DNA of 64,000 nucleotides from Poseidonia sp. (GCA_049627345.1 JBMZXF010000002.1:4995-68994); one strand, 5' to 3'. Shown: positions 27,201 through 36,989, numbered from the stretch's first letter. Notes: generated by a model not told the origin, from the sequence alone. Numbers and translations: made by a program.

Positions 27201-27737
27201 TCATGAGAACTGGTCAAGGCAATCCTTGATCCGTTTTGCAAAAGAACGGCTGTTCTCATGCCCTTCCGAGGAGGCAACAAGGGTGCCGTCGCTTCGCTTA
27301 ACCACCAACCAATAATCGCGAGCGCTGAGCAGGTCAAAACGGTCCCCTGAGGCAGGCTTGCTCTTCATGGTGATCGTGTCGCCTGGCTCAGACGTGTAGG
27401 AAAGGAGCAGCTCGCGCGCTTCGCTGTATCGTGACCCCTCGAACACCCCGACGTACCGTTGTTTTTCGTCCCAGGAAACGATGACCGTTTTGGCGTACTC
27501 AAAGAAGCCATAGGCAAGCATGGCGAGCGCAATCAGCGGAAGCCACCAACCCCAATCGGTTGGGGCAACAACCATCACGCCAGCGATCGCAAGACCGCTC
27601 ACCAACCAGAACGGGGAGCCATGGATGGTGTGTTCACTGTGTTGGGGGGACGAAGACGACATGGTCGGCGGAGTCTCAGGGCTGTTGCTGGTGGCGTTCC
27701 CTTCATCCTCCTCGAGACTCCAGAACACCTCCTCCAT
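27201..27737 (-). CDS. Hypothetical 2-TM protein with a small C-terminal beta-rich domain (bacterial PH-like architecture)
   Basis: 178 aa with two adjacent TM helices (FWLVSGLAIAGVMVVAP, WWLPLIALAMLAYGFFEYA), then ~95 aa. This layout is as in YdbS/YdbT-type bPH proteins. The call rests on architecture only. Confidence 0.4.
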   Translation of the reverse strand: MEEVFWSLEEDEGNATSNSPETPPTMSSSSPQHSEHTIHGSPFWLVSGLAIAGVMVVAPTDWGWWLPLIALAMLAYGFFEYAKTVIVSWDEKQRYVGVFEGSRYSEARELLLSYTSEPGDTITMKSKPASGDRFDLLSARDYWLVVKRSDGTLVASSEGHENSRSFAKRIKDCLDQFS

Positions 27738-27848
27738 GCTGGATTTTACCTCGCAACATCAAGAAAAGATTTCCCCGATGTTCACGCCACAACCAGGCCA
27801 CGGAATCGTGAAAGCAACCGAGCATTGTTCAGTCAGCAAGGGCTTCCT

Positions 27849-27856
27849 TTCAAATA
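27849..27856 (+). promoter_or_regulatory. TATA box TTCAAATA of the giant surface-protein gene
   Basis: Context ccTTTCAAATACgggg. A 22-nt gap to the ATG at 27879 implies a leaderless or near-leaderless mRNA. Confidence 0.5.
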
Positions 27857-27878
27857 CGGGGAAAATGCACCTTAATGC

Positions 27879-30800
27879 ATGATACAGGGCCGTTCAACCT
27901 CTCCCTCTCAGGGCCAGCGACCACGCGCCCTGTCCATGGTCGTCCTGATGGTGCTCATGTCCATGGGCCCTCTGCTCACGACGCCCGTGGTTTCCGCTCA
28001 CGCCGAACCCAGCGGCGTGACCTGGCCACTGGAAGGCAGTAACGACACCGGATGGGTCACCCTTGATGCGCTTGGCGCTGTACCCGAAACCGGTCAGCGG
28101 GCCACCGCAGACTGGAACTTGTCCTTCGCCCCCGGTGCCGTCCTCTCCAACGTGACCCTCGAGGTCCGAGCCAGCGGCCAAGACGGGATGACGATTCACG
28201 AACCACAGCTGGTGATTGACGGACTCGGTACCTCGCTGTTCGACTGGCGAGGACTCGGGACCTTGGGTGAAGCCGAGGGTTTCACGACGGGCACCACCTA
28301 CAGCGGCCGACTCAACCCCAACAGCAACTCCGGAGCGGGCTGGGACCTCCCATCGGACGCTGAGATCACGCAGATGGTCATCGAAGCCCTTGCACCTGCC
28401 GACCCGCTGGTCTCGCTCACGCCCTACGACTTTGACCTCCGCGCCACCGCCGTCAATCCCGACAGCGGCATCCTCTACCTCGCAGCAAACGATGATTTGA
28501 TGCTCCTCCACGCCAACAACAATCCCCACACCATCGACGTCTACGACTTTGCCAACGAAGGAGGGGTGATCGACATGGTCATGGACACGACGGGTGGTCT
28601 GCTTCATCTGCTGCTGGCCGATGGCACCTTCCGAGCCGTTTCCTTGAGCGACAGTTCAGACCAACCCGCCCTCGGTGATGGAAACGTGGACCGGTTCATC
28701 ATGGCCAGCAACGGCGACGTCTTCGCCGCCAACGGCCTTGGCCTCGTGATGTGGGACGGTTCAGCATGGACCACCGTGGCCTCCGTCTCAAGCACGGACG
28801 GCGGCGCACAGGCGCTCTCGATGGTCGAAGTGGCCGGTGTGGTCTACGCCGCCGTCGAAGGCGTGGGCGTCCTCCGCTACGACACCACGACCTCAAGCGC
28901 CCTCTCCACATGGAGCTCCGCCAACACCCTGCACTCCGACAGCATCACGCACATGGCCGTCTCGGGCAACCAACTCCTGCTGGGCTCCTCTGACAACGGC
29001 CTGGCCCGCTTTGACTACGCTGCGGGCTTCTGGCTCTCCACCTGGACCTCGGCCAACTGGCTCTCGAGCGACACCGTGACCGGCGTGGAGCGCGTGGGTC
29101 CCACCCTCTACATCCTCGCCGGCGAGGATTTGCATTCCTACAACACGACCAACGGCGTGTTCAGCACGACCTACGATCTGGCAACCTTGGGCTTGGCCAA
29201 CGAAGGGGCCTCGCTCATCAATTGGCCCGCCAGCGGCGGCGCTTCGCCTGCCGCCGACGCATTGCTCGTGGACGACGGGAGCGGCAACCTGATTCACCTC
29301 TCACCCAATCAGTCCCCCTTCGTTGAAGGCGACATGTTGCTCGCCAGCGCCCCGGCGACCGACGAAATGACCGATTTGGTCGAGGTGGACAACGTCCTCT
29401 ACATCGGGTCGGCGGACAACTCCATGCTCGTCATGCGCTACGACATCAGCAACTCGGTTTGGCTCACGCCGTGGTCGGTCTCGGACAACGTGATGCACAC
29501 CGTCGCTGCACCGTCCTCGCAGGGAGCCACCACGCTGCTGTTCGCCATGGAAGGCTCGCCCGTCGTTGAAGAGATGGACACCAGCGGCAACAGCATCCAG
29601 ACCTACGACGGCACCAACGGTTGCTACCCGTCCACGACCGACATCCTGAGCGTGGCCGCCAACGACGATCATCTCGTCCTCTCACTGGAGAGCGGCGTGT
29701 TCGTCCACTTTGACCGAACCACCGGAGCGTGCACCTCCTACGACACCACCAACGGCCTTCCAACCTCCTTCGTTGGCGACGTGGCCTTGGTTGACACCAC
29801 GGCGTACATGGCCACCGAGGACAAAGGTGTGCTGCGCTACGACATCACCAACGACACCTGGCTCGAGCCGTGGGGCTCCACCGGCGTGAACGGCGTCAAC
29901 TACGCATCGGTCGCCATGGTCGGCGACATCCTTCACCTTGGCCTGCAAGGCTTTGGTGTCGTGCGAAAGGACCTCAGCACCGGTGAAATCCTGGCGCCCC
30001 TGACCGCAGGCAACCGCGGTGGCCTCCTTCCATCCGACCAAATTTACGCCTTGGACACCGACGGCACCAACCTCTACATCGGCACGCAACAAGGTGCTCG
30101 CAAATGGGACGGGAACCAAATGACAAGTTTCGGCCAGGGCTCATCCTGGCAAACGCGCCCTCAGCAATTCTTTGACTTCGCGGTTGAGGGCGGCAGCAGC
30201 GGCGGCAGCCTCTACGCAGGAACCAACATCGGCGTGTGCAAGTACAGCCTCGCCACCATGGGCATCGACGACTGCCAGAACGTCTACGACGGCATGCCAA
30301 ACTGGGCCACCTACAGCGTGGGCTACGACAGCACCTACGTCTACGGCGGTACCACGTCGGGGGTGGGCCTCATCACGAAATCCAACTTCCAACACGACGA
30401 GAACTGGGGCCAAGGCACCCAGACGGGCAACGCCGTGGTCGAGGTCATCGGCGACATCGCCTACATCGGTACCGAAGGCCTTGGCGTGCTTCGCTACAAC
30501 ATCACCTCAAATCAGTGGCTGGTGCCCTTCACCGAAGACAACGGCGTGCTCGACGGCGGCAACGACGATGTGACTGGACTGGTGGCTGACATCCGCCCCA
30601 ACCTCCTGTGGATCGGTGGCGATGACGGTTTCCAACTCATCAACGTGACCACCGGCGGTGAAGCCTACGACATCGAACGTTCAAGCAGCCTCTACAACGC
30701 CAACGGCGCCCCCCGAGACATGATGATTCACAACAACATCCTGTACTACCATGCCGGCACCGCAAGCGATGAAGTCAGTCGCCTCGATGTGGCCAATTTG

Positions 30801-33800
30801 ACCGCTCCAAGCAACCTCGACATCGGGGCCCGTGTGGGCGAAAACGGCGGTGACATCGTCAGCATGGAACTGTCCGGTGACACCCTGATGGTGAGCGTGG
30901 TATCCGGCCAGTGGTGGAACTCCGACGGTTCGGGCGGCATCGCTCGATGGAACACCACCAACGCCAACTGGGAAACCAACATCCTGCCCACCGGATCCAT
31001 CGACCGCGTCACGGCCTACGAATCCTCCAACGGCAACACGTGGGTGGCTTGGGGAGAACTCAAACTCGACCTCTACGACAGTTCCCAGACCTTGGTCAAT
31101 TCGTGGACCAACTTTGATTTCCCCATCCGAGGCATCGTTGAGCACAACGGCGAAACGCTGTTCGCCACCGAAGACGGCATCGCTCGCTACAACGAAACCA
31201 CCAACACTTGGAACACGATGTGGGAGGCCGGCAATGGATTGCCCAGCAACGCCGGAGACCGATTCTACGAGTTGTGGACGGACGGTACGCACTTGGTCGT
31301 CGGCGGCGCTGATTTCACCAACTTCGGCCAGTTCAGGGAAGGCATCATCTCGCATCGCAACGGTGCCGGCGCATGGACCTCCTACCCGGCCGATTCCAAC
31401 AACAACATCCCCGACGGCTACCCGATTTCCATGGAAATGTGCGGTGGCATGCTCAACATCGCCATGTACAACAACAACGGTGGCATCGCACGCATTGACC
31501 TGCAGAACGCCACGGTCAACGCCGGCTTTGACCGCAGTCAACTCGACGGATTCGGCCCGGCCTCGGTCACCTGCGACAGCCAAGACACGCTTTACATCGG
31601 CTACTATGCCGACAACCAACCCATTACTCGCTACAGCTACGCGACCTCAGGCTTCATCTCCAGTCTGACCACATCCAGCCACAACCTCCCAAGCGACCGG
31701 GTGTGGTACGACGCCCTCTCCCATTCGGGCACCCAACTCATCGTCGGCCACGCCGTGGGTAACTCCGGTTCGAACCTCATCGCCGGTGGATACTCGACAC
31801 TGGTGGCCAGCGGTGCAACCGCTTTGCAAGCACAGATTCAAGGCGCTGGTTCGCCGGTCACGTCCTTGCAGTGGCTCAGCGGTTCATCCGAGTGGCTCAT
31901 CGGCCGAGCCGGTGGCTCTTCCGGCTACAGCGAGGTCGCCACCCTCTCGTCGTCGGGACGACAAACGGTCGTGGACCTTCCGGGCCTTGTCAGCGGGCAA
32001 GTGCCCACGATGCTGGCCAACGCCACCCACCTATGGGCCTCGACAGGGTCGTCTGCGACCTCTGGAAATTTTGGTGGCACCGGAAGCGGTTTGCTTCAAG
32101 GGACCTTCCTGCCCAACGGCACGGTTGAATGGGAGTACGGTTGGACCCTTCCCGGCAACACCGTGGCCAGCGATTTCCACCTGCAAGGCACGGACCTTTT
32201 CATTGCGACCAACCCCGGTGGTATGCTCAAACTCGACACCACAACCCGCACCATCTCGGCGGTGGGAGGTTCGCTGCACGGTAAGCTCGATACGATGCAC
32301 ACCTACAACAACCAACTCGTCGTTGGATTGGCCGGCGACGGTGGAAGCCCACCGGGCGTTCAAATGTTCAACCCCTTGACCTCGCAATTCGGTAACGGGC
32401 GTCTCATCGCCGGCTTGCCCTCAAACATCGTCAACGGCTTTGCGGACACCAGCGACGTGCTCTACATCGCCACGGACGGTGGCATTGGTCGCTGGAACTA
32501 TTCCACCAACGACTGGATGGATTCCATCACGGCGTTCAACGGGCTGCCCAGCGACGTGGTTGAGGACGTGCTTGCCGTCGGTAGCCTCGTTTACATGGCC
32601 ACGCCCGCCGGTCTTTTTGTGTGGGACCCTTCATCGCAAAGCGGGTCAACCCTGACCGCCAGCAACGGCCTCATGGGACAATCGACCTGGGGGTTGGCCG
32701 TGAGCACCAACAACCTCGGCGCCTCCACCCTCATCGTCAGCCACGACGGACGCGGCGCTGACCGGCCCGGCGTGAGTCTCATCAACCCGTCAACGCAACA
32801 GGTCATCTCCACGCATCGCTTCGATCAACTCCCGTCCAACACGGTCACGGCGTTGACCGCTGACTGGTGGGGGCTTCACATGGCGACCGACGTTGGACCG
32901 CTCACCCACTGGAACGCCTCCACCGGCGACTTTGAAGACGGTACGTCCACGCTTCAAATTCAGTACCCCATCGTTCACATGCTGAGCGACGGCGAAGAAC
33001 TCCTGTCCGTCGGTTCACGGGACAACTTGCTCCTCAGCGAAGCACGTACACCAGCGCATGCCTTCACGGCCTCCCTTGGGGCGTCGGGCCTCGTCACCGG
33101 AACGCTGGGCACCAACCACATCTGGGCGGTCACCGAAGACGGGTTGCTTGGCTGGGAGCGAAACGGCCAGTTCACATCGGTCGAATCCTCGTCGATGCGA
33201 CGTGCCTTGCCGCTCACGGTTCGCGCCATGGGCAACGGCGGTGGCATCAACATCAGCGACATGACGCACTTGGGCATGCACATCGAACTGGTCGACCCCA
33301 CGGCACCGTTCGCCTTGGACGCCACGCAAGGATCGCCAGGTGTTCACGGTCTCCTCTTCCAAAACGTCCCGGTCGTCATGACCTCCCCGTCTGCAGGCGC
33401 TGCGGTGTGGGCCAAATCCGTCGCCTTGCACTACGATGTCACGCTGAACCTGACCGAAGACCCCAACCTCGCCCGCAACCTGCAGGACGCCGTGGACACC
33501 GGGCAACTCTACGACAACACCCGTCATGTGGCTCTGCGGCTCTTCTCCCCCTCCAACGGCTCACTCGAGGTCAGGTTGACTTACGATTATGTTCGCAGTG
33601 ATACCCCCGTGGCGGTTCAGGGCTTGGTCGACCGACCCGACGACGGTGGCGGCGTCCTGACCGCCTCGTGGTCCCTCGTTCACGACGAAGATTTCGCACG
33701 CTACCTCATCTTCCTCAACGAAGGCCCCTGGGCCACGGCGCCAACCGAACTCGAACTTCTCGGTCAAACCCCCGACAAAGCGGTCTCGCTTCACAGCCGA

Positions 33801-36218
33801 TTGAGCGCTGACATCGAGACCGCTGGCGGCGCGCCGCTCATGGACGGTAGCGACTATTACGCCGTGGCCGTGGTCGAGTACACCGACGGCCGCTGGGGCG
33901 ATGTTTCTGCACCGTTTGGACCTGCTTCTCCGACCGATGAGGTCCCAGGTGCGCCGCTCTGGGCGAGCGCTGGAGCCCTCGGAAGCAGCGGCGACGACGG
34001 CGACATCCAACTCGAATGGGCACGATGCACGGCCCTTGACTTGGCCTCGACCAACGTCTACGTCTCGACCACGCCCATGGTGGATGCCTTCGGACGAACC
34101 CCGTTCACGTCCTACGCTCCCAACGAAGGCAACCAGTCCGTCATCAAGCAAACCCCTGGCGTTCCGGTGTGGATCGGCTTCACCTGTGTTGACGAAGCAG
34201 GGCAGGAGAACCTGTCCAACGTCACCGTGGTGGGTCCGGTGGTCCCCACGGGCGAACTCAACGACAACGATGCGCCCGACCCCATCACCGGCACCACGGT
34301 GGGCGATGCCCCCGACGACGAAGGAGGTCGATTGGTCGTGAGTTGGAACCTCAGTACGGCTGACGATTGTGCCTTTTACACGGTCTACATGAAGCAGGGC
34401 GACCACACGGCAACCGACGGTTCCAGCGCCAGCGTTGACGGCTTCACTCAAGCAGCCGTCATCAACCCGTGCGATGAAAACAGCACCATTGTTTCCTCCT
34501 TGGACGGTGTTCCGCTCATCGACGGACAGATCTACACGGTTGGCATCGTTGCCTACGATGTCTGGTTGAACGGTAACACCGACGAGGTGCTCCTGGTCGC
34601 TGCTGCCCCACTCCAGAACATCATCGGTCAAGGTGGTACGCCACCTCGCATCACCTCGCTGATGGCCTTCGACCACCCCGACGACGACGGCAGCGCCATC
34701 GACGTGGTGTGGGAACCGTCCACCGTCGAAGATTTCGCTTCCTACACGGTCTGGATTTCCAACGCCCCGGTTGAAGACCTCTCCACCGCTTACGCAGCCT
34801 TTGGAAGCAACCCCCAAGCCTGCGGTTGTTTCTCGTTTAGCAAACAGTGGATTGACGAGCGAACCAACCCGATTCAACTCACGCTCTCGACGGCCTTGGT
34901 CGTTCCTGAGAGCGGTTCGCTCGCCGATGGCACCCCCGGCCTCATTCAAGCCGGTGTGGAGTATTTCGTGGCGGTTACCGTTCACGACCTTCGAGGAAAC
35001 GTCCACTTGACCGACCTGACCCAAGTGAGCGTGACACCCATTGACAACATCAACGACAACATGGCTCCTGACCGGTTGACGGACCTGTTCCTGACCGACC
35101 GCCCCAACGACAACGGTCGTGCGTTGCTGCTCGACTTCGAGCTGTCCGAGGCCGGTGATGTCGCCGCCTACCATGTCTTCGCTGCGACCTACAACTTCTC
35201 CGGCGAAGTCGGGCAGCAGGGCGATCTTTCCAATGACCCGCTCAAGATTGCGAGCCTGGAACGCTCGCCTGAACTCCCGCTGGTGATCGACGTCGTCGCT
35301 GACGATGCACCCGTGATTCCGGGTCAGGAAATCTGGGTGGCTGTCGTCGTGGAGGACTCTTCGGGCAATGCTTACACCGACATGCTCAGGATGGTCTCAG
35401 CCAGTGCGACCGATGAAGGCATCACGGACCCGGGCGTGTACTTGCCCGACATCGCCAAGGTGAACGCAGAATGGTTTGAACAAACCAGCATCTTCGTTGA
35501 ATGGGAACATTCGGTCGACGCCAACGTCCGAGGCTATCATGTCTACATCAGCGAAGAGATGTTCACGTCCACCGACGATGCCACGAAGGTTGGAGAGACG
35601 GTGTCGGCCAATTCCTTGCTGATCACGAACGACGAATTCGAAGGCCTCAACAACGCCACGGCGTACTACATTGGCGTGGTGCCCTACGACGACACGGTGG
35701 CAAAATCCACGGTCGAATCGGTCAAGTTGACGCCCCTTGACGGCAGCGGTGCAACCACCGATGATGTCAGCGACGACGGACCGTTCACGCTGGAATCCTT
35801 GCTCACGACGCCGAACCTCATCGCAGCAGGCATGGTTCTCATCGTGGTCATGCTCTTGGTGCTCATCGTTCGCGCCCGTGGAAACTCGAGCCGTCGCTCC
35901 AAGAACTGGGAATTGCAAGAAGCCACCTGGGGGATTCAGGACTCGAGTTGGGATTCGCCGGCACAGGCTGCACCACCGGCACCGCCAGCCGCCGTTCCAG
36001 CACCCCCGCCCGGCATTTCAACGCAGCAAGCCAACGACATCTATGCAGCAGCCAATCGCATCCAGAGCCAAGATATTGGACGGACGGCCTACCAACCGGC
36101 TCAGCCCGTGCTCCAACCTCAGGTTGACCCCTCGCTGCTGGACGGTCTGCTCGACGAACCTTCGGCTGCTCCTCGCATGCCCGAAATTGACACCTCCTTC
36201 CTCGACGATTTGTTGTGA
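27879..36218 (+). CDS. Giant (2779 aa) type-I membrane-anchored cell-surface protein with propeller-like and Fn3-like repeats
   Basis: Signal peptide MIQGRSTSPSQGQRPRALSMVVLMVLMSMGPLLTTPVVSAHA. Many repeats of the form NGLPS..V.......G..LYIAT..G..RYD resemble two-component-regulator propeller / Reg_prop blades. Five Fn3-like modules follow, then a single TM helix LIAAGMVLIVVMLLVLIV + RARGNSSRRSK (about 35815-35900) and a ~110-aa P/Q-rich cytoplasmic tail. TTCAAATA at 27849-27856 ends 22 nt before the ATG. Confidence 0.85.
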   Translation: MIQGRSTSPSQGQRPRALSMVVLMVLMSMGPLLTTPVVSAHAEPSGVTWPLEGSNDTGWVTLDALGAVPETGQRATADWNLSFAPGAVLSNVTLEVRASGQDGMTIHEPQLVIDGLGTSLFDWRGLGTLGEAEGFTTGTTYSGRLNPNSNSGAGWDLPSDAEITQMVIEALAPADPLVSLTPYDFDLRATAVNPDSGILYLAANDDLMLLHANNNPHTIDVYDFANEGGVIDMVMDTTGGLLHLLLADGTFRAVSLSDSSDQPALGDGNVDRFIMASNGDVFAANGLGLVMWDGSAWTTVASVSSTDGGAQALSMVEVAGVVYAAVEGVGVLRYDTTTSSALSTWSSANTLHSDSITHMAVSGNQLLLGSSDNGLARFDYAAGFWLSTWTSANWLSSDTVTGVERVGPTLYILAGEDLHSYNTTNGVFSTTYDLATLGLANEGASLINWPASGGASPAADALLVDDGSGNLIHLSPNQSPFVEGDMLLASAPATDEMTDLVEVDNVLYIGSADNSMLVMRYDISNSVWLTPWSVSDNVMHTVAAPSSQGATTLLFAMEGSPVVEEMDTSGNSIQTYDGTNGCYPSTTDILSVAANDDHLVLSLESGVFVHFDRTTGACTSYDTTNGLPTSFVGDVALVDTTAYMATEDKGVLRYDITNDTWLEPWGSTGVNGVNYASVAMVGDILHLGLQGFGVVRKDLSTGEILAPLTAGNRGGLLPSDQIYALDTDGTNLYIGTQQGARKWDGNQMTSFGQGSSWQTRPQQFFDFAVEGGSSGGSLYAGTNIGVCKYSLATMGIDDCQNVYDGMPNWATYSVGYDSTYVYGGTTSGVGLITKSNFQHDENWGQGTQTGNAVVEVIGDIAYIGTEGLGVLRYNITSNQWLVPFTEDNGVLDGGNDDVTGLVADIRPNLLWIGGDDGFQLINVTTGGEAYDIERSSSLYNANGAPRDMMIHNNILYYHAGTASDEVSRLDVANLTAPSNLDIGARVGENGGDIVSMELSGDTLMVSVVSGQWWNSDGSGGIARWNTTNANWETNILPTGSIDRVTAYESSNGNTWVAWGELKLDLYDSSQTLVNSWTNFDFPIRGIVEHNGETLFATEDGIARYNETTNTWNTMWEAGNGLPSNAGDRFYELWTDGTHLVVGGADFTNFGQFREGIISHRNGAGAWTSYPADSNNNIPDGYPISMEMCGGMLNIAMYNNNGGIARIDLQNATVNAGFDRSQLDGFGPASVTCDSQDTLYIGYYADNQPITRYSYATSGFISSLTTSSHNLPSDRVWYDALSHSGTQLIVGHAVGNSGSNLIAGGYSTLVASGATALQAQIQGAGSPVTSLQWLSGSSEWLIGRAGGSSGYSEVATLSSSGRQTVVDLPGLVSGQVPTMLANATHLWASTGSSATSGNFGGTGSGLLQGTFLPNGTVEWEYGWTLPGNTVASDFHLQGTDLFIATNPGGMLKLDTTTRTISAVGGSLHGKLDTMHTYNNQLVVGLAGDGGSPPGVQMFNPLTSQFGNGRLIAGLPSNIVNGFADTSDVLYIATDGGIGRWNYSTNDWMDSITAFNGLPSDVVEDVLAVGSLVYMATPAGLFVWDPSSQSGSTLTASNGLMGQSTWGLAVSTNNLGASTLIVSHDGRGADRPGVSLINPSTQQVISTHRFDQLPSNTVTALTADWWGLHMATDVGPLTHWNASTGDFEDGTSTLQIQYPIVHMLSDGEELLSVGSRDNLLLSEARTPAHAFTASLGASGLVTGTLGTNHIWAVTEDGLLGWERNGQFTSVESSSMRRALPLTVRAMGNGGGINISDMTHLGMHIELVDPTAPFALDATQGSPGVHGLLFQNVPVVMTSPSAGAAVWAKSVALHYDVTLNLTEDPNLARNLQDAVDTGQLYDNTRHVALRLFSPSNGSLEVRLTYDYVRSDTPVAVQGLVDRPDDGGGVLTASWSLVHDEDFARYLIFLNEGPWATAPTELELLGQTPDKAVSLHSRLSADIETAGGAPLMDGSDYYAVAVVEYTDGRWGDVSAPFGPASPTDEVPGAPLWASAGALGSSGDDGDIQLEWARCTALDLASTNVYVSTTPMVDAFGRTPFTSYAPNEGNQSVIKQTPGVPVWIGFTCVDEAGQENLSNVTVVGPVVPTGELNDNDAPDPITGTTVGDAPDDEGGRLVVSWNLSTADDCAFYTVYMKQGDHTATDGSSASVDGFTQAAVINPCDENSTIVSSLDGVPLIDGQIYTVGIVAYDVWLNGNTDEVLLVAAAPLQNIIGQGGTPPRITSLMAFDHPDDDGSAIDVVWEPSTVEDFASYTVWISNAPVEDLSTAYAAFGSNPQACGCFSFSKQWIDERTNPIQLTLSTALVVPESGSLADGTPGLIQAGVEYFVAVTVHDLRGNVHLTDLTQVSVTPIDNINDNMAPDRLTDLFLTDRPNDNGRALLLDFELSEAGDVAAYHVFAATYNFSGEVGQQGDLSNDPLKIASLERSPELPLVIDVVADDAPVIPGQEIWVAVVVEDSSGNAYTDMLRMVSASATDEGITDPGVYLPDIAKVNAEWFEQTSIFVEWEHSVDANVRGYHVYISEEMFTSTDDATKVGETVSANSLLITNDEFEGLNNATAYYIGVVPYDDTVAKSTVESVKLTPLDGSGATTDDVSDDGPFTLESLLTTPNLIAAGMVLIVVMLLVLIVRARGNSSRRSKNWELQEATWGIQDSSWDSPAQAAPPAPPAAVPAPPPGISTQQANDIYAAANRIQSQDIGRTAYQPAQPVLQPQVDPSLLDGLLDEPSAAPRMPEIDTSFLDDLL
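28900..32630 (+). repeat. Propeller-blade-like protein repeats inside the giant ORF
   Basis: Examples: ANTLHSDSITHMAVSGNQLLLGSSDNGLARFD (about 28920), ANWLSSDTVTGVERVGPTLYILAGEDLHSYN, TNGLPTSFVGDVALVDTTAYMATEDKGVLRYD, GNGLPSNAGDRFYELWTDGTHLVVGG, and NGLPSDVVEDVLAVGSLVYMATPAGLFVWD (about 32539-32628). These are divergent at the DNA level and are not recent duplications. Confidence 0.6.
33630..35560 (+). repeat. Five Fn3-like modules sharing a D-D-x-G-G ... W ... (F/A)-x-Y-x-(V/I) frame
   Basis: PDDGGGVLTASWSLVHDEDFARYLIFLN (~33630); PDDEGGRLVVSWNLSTADDCAFYTVYMK (~34308); PDDDGSAIDVVWEPSTVEDFASYTVWIS (~34674); PNDNGRALLLDFELSEAGDVAAYHVFAA (~35100); EQTSIFVEWEHSVDANVRGYHVYIS (~35480). Confidence 0.6.
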
Positions 36219-36227
36219 GGCCTTGCC

Positions 36228-36989
36228 ATGGCGTCAACCGGCCCCCGCTCCGAGGTGTTCACCACGGTGCTGGTCAACGAAGACGGTGAGGTGGCGGATT
36301 GGCTCGCCCACCGGCAACGACTGAGCGAGCACGCACAGCGACTTCGCCTTGCCCTTCCGGAGAATGACCCCGCCATCAACCCGCCATCAACCGCACCCTT
36401 GGGCCTTGCTCGCATCGGTTTCACCGGCGATGGCTGGCATGTTGCCTACCGCCAACTCGGTGTACGAAACGAAGACGTCGATGCCATCTCCGTGCCTGCT
36501 CCGCGTTGGAACGACCGGACCAACGGGACGAAACACGGGGATTGGGAGGCCTACACGTTGGCCAAACGGGCCGCAGAAGACGCCGGTTGCGATGCGGCAT
36601 TGCTCGTTCACGAGTACGCCATTGTGGACGGCGATCGGGCCACACCGTTGGTGTTGGATGAAGACGGCACGGTATGGATGGCGCCCGATGAGGCCGGTGG
36701 TGTGGACGGCGTGGTCGCCAAACAGCTCGAACGATGGCTACCGGGTGTCGGGCTCCCCGTCGTGAAGGGGAACTTGAACGAACGAACGGTCGCCCGCTGT
36801 GCTGAATTGGTGCTGGTTGGCACGGGCATGGGCGTGTGTCACGTCAGCAGCCTTGACGGGGTCAAGCTCGGCGATACCCGGGCCCTGTCAACCGCGTGCC
36901 ATGCCTTGCTGTCCCAACATTTTACCGAAAGGAGCACGTGGTCCAATGTGGGGCCGCACCATGTCGCAACGCGTGATGGCCATCGTTGA
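36228..36989 (+). CDS. pabC: Aminodeoxychorismate lyase-like class IV aminotransferase-fold protein
   Basis: 253 aa. TKHGDWEAYTLAKRAAEDAGCDAALLVHEYAIVDGDRATPLVLDEDGTVWMAPDEAGGVDGVVAKQL parallels the fold-type IV Lys region and the ...EALLL..dG.v.E....N.f......l.TP....G.l.G.. block of PabC/IlvE. It lies directly upstream of, and overlaps, the pabB-pabA fusion. Confidence 0.6.
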   Translation: MASTGPRSEVFTTVLVNEDGEVADWLAHRQRLSEHAQRLRLALPENDPAINPPSTAPLGLARIGFTGDGWHVAYRQLGVRNEDVDAISVPAPRWNDRTNGTKHGDWEAYTLAKRAAEDAGCDAALLVHEYAIVDGDRATPLVLDEDGTVWMAPDEAGGVDGVVAKQLERWLPGVGLPVVKGNLNERTVARCAELVLVGTGMGVCHVSSLDGVKLGDTRALSTACHALLSQHFTERSTWSNVGPHHVATRDGHR

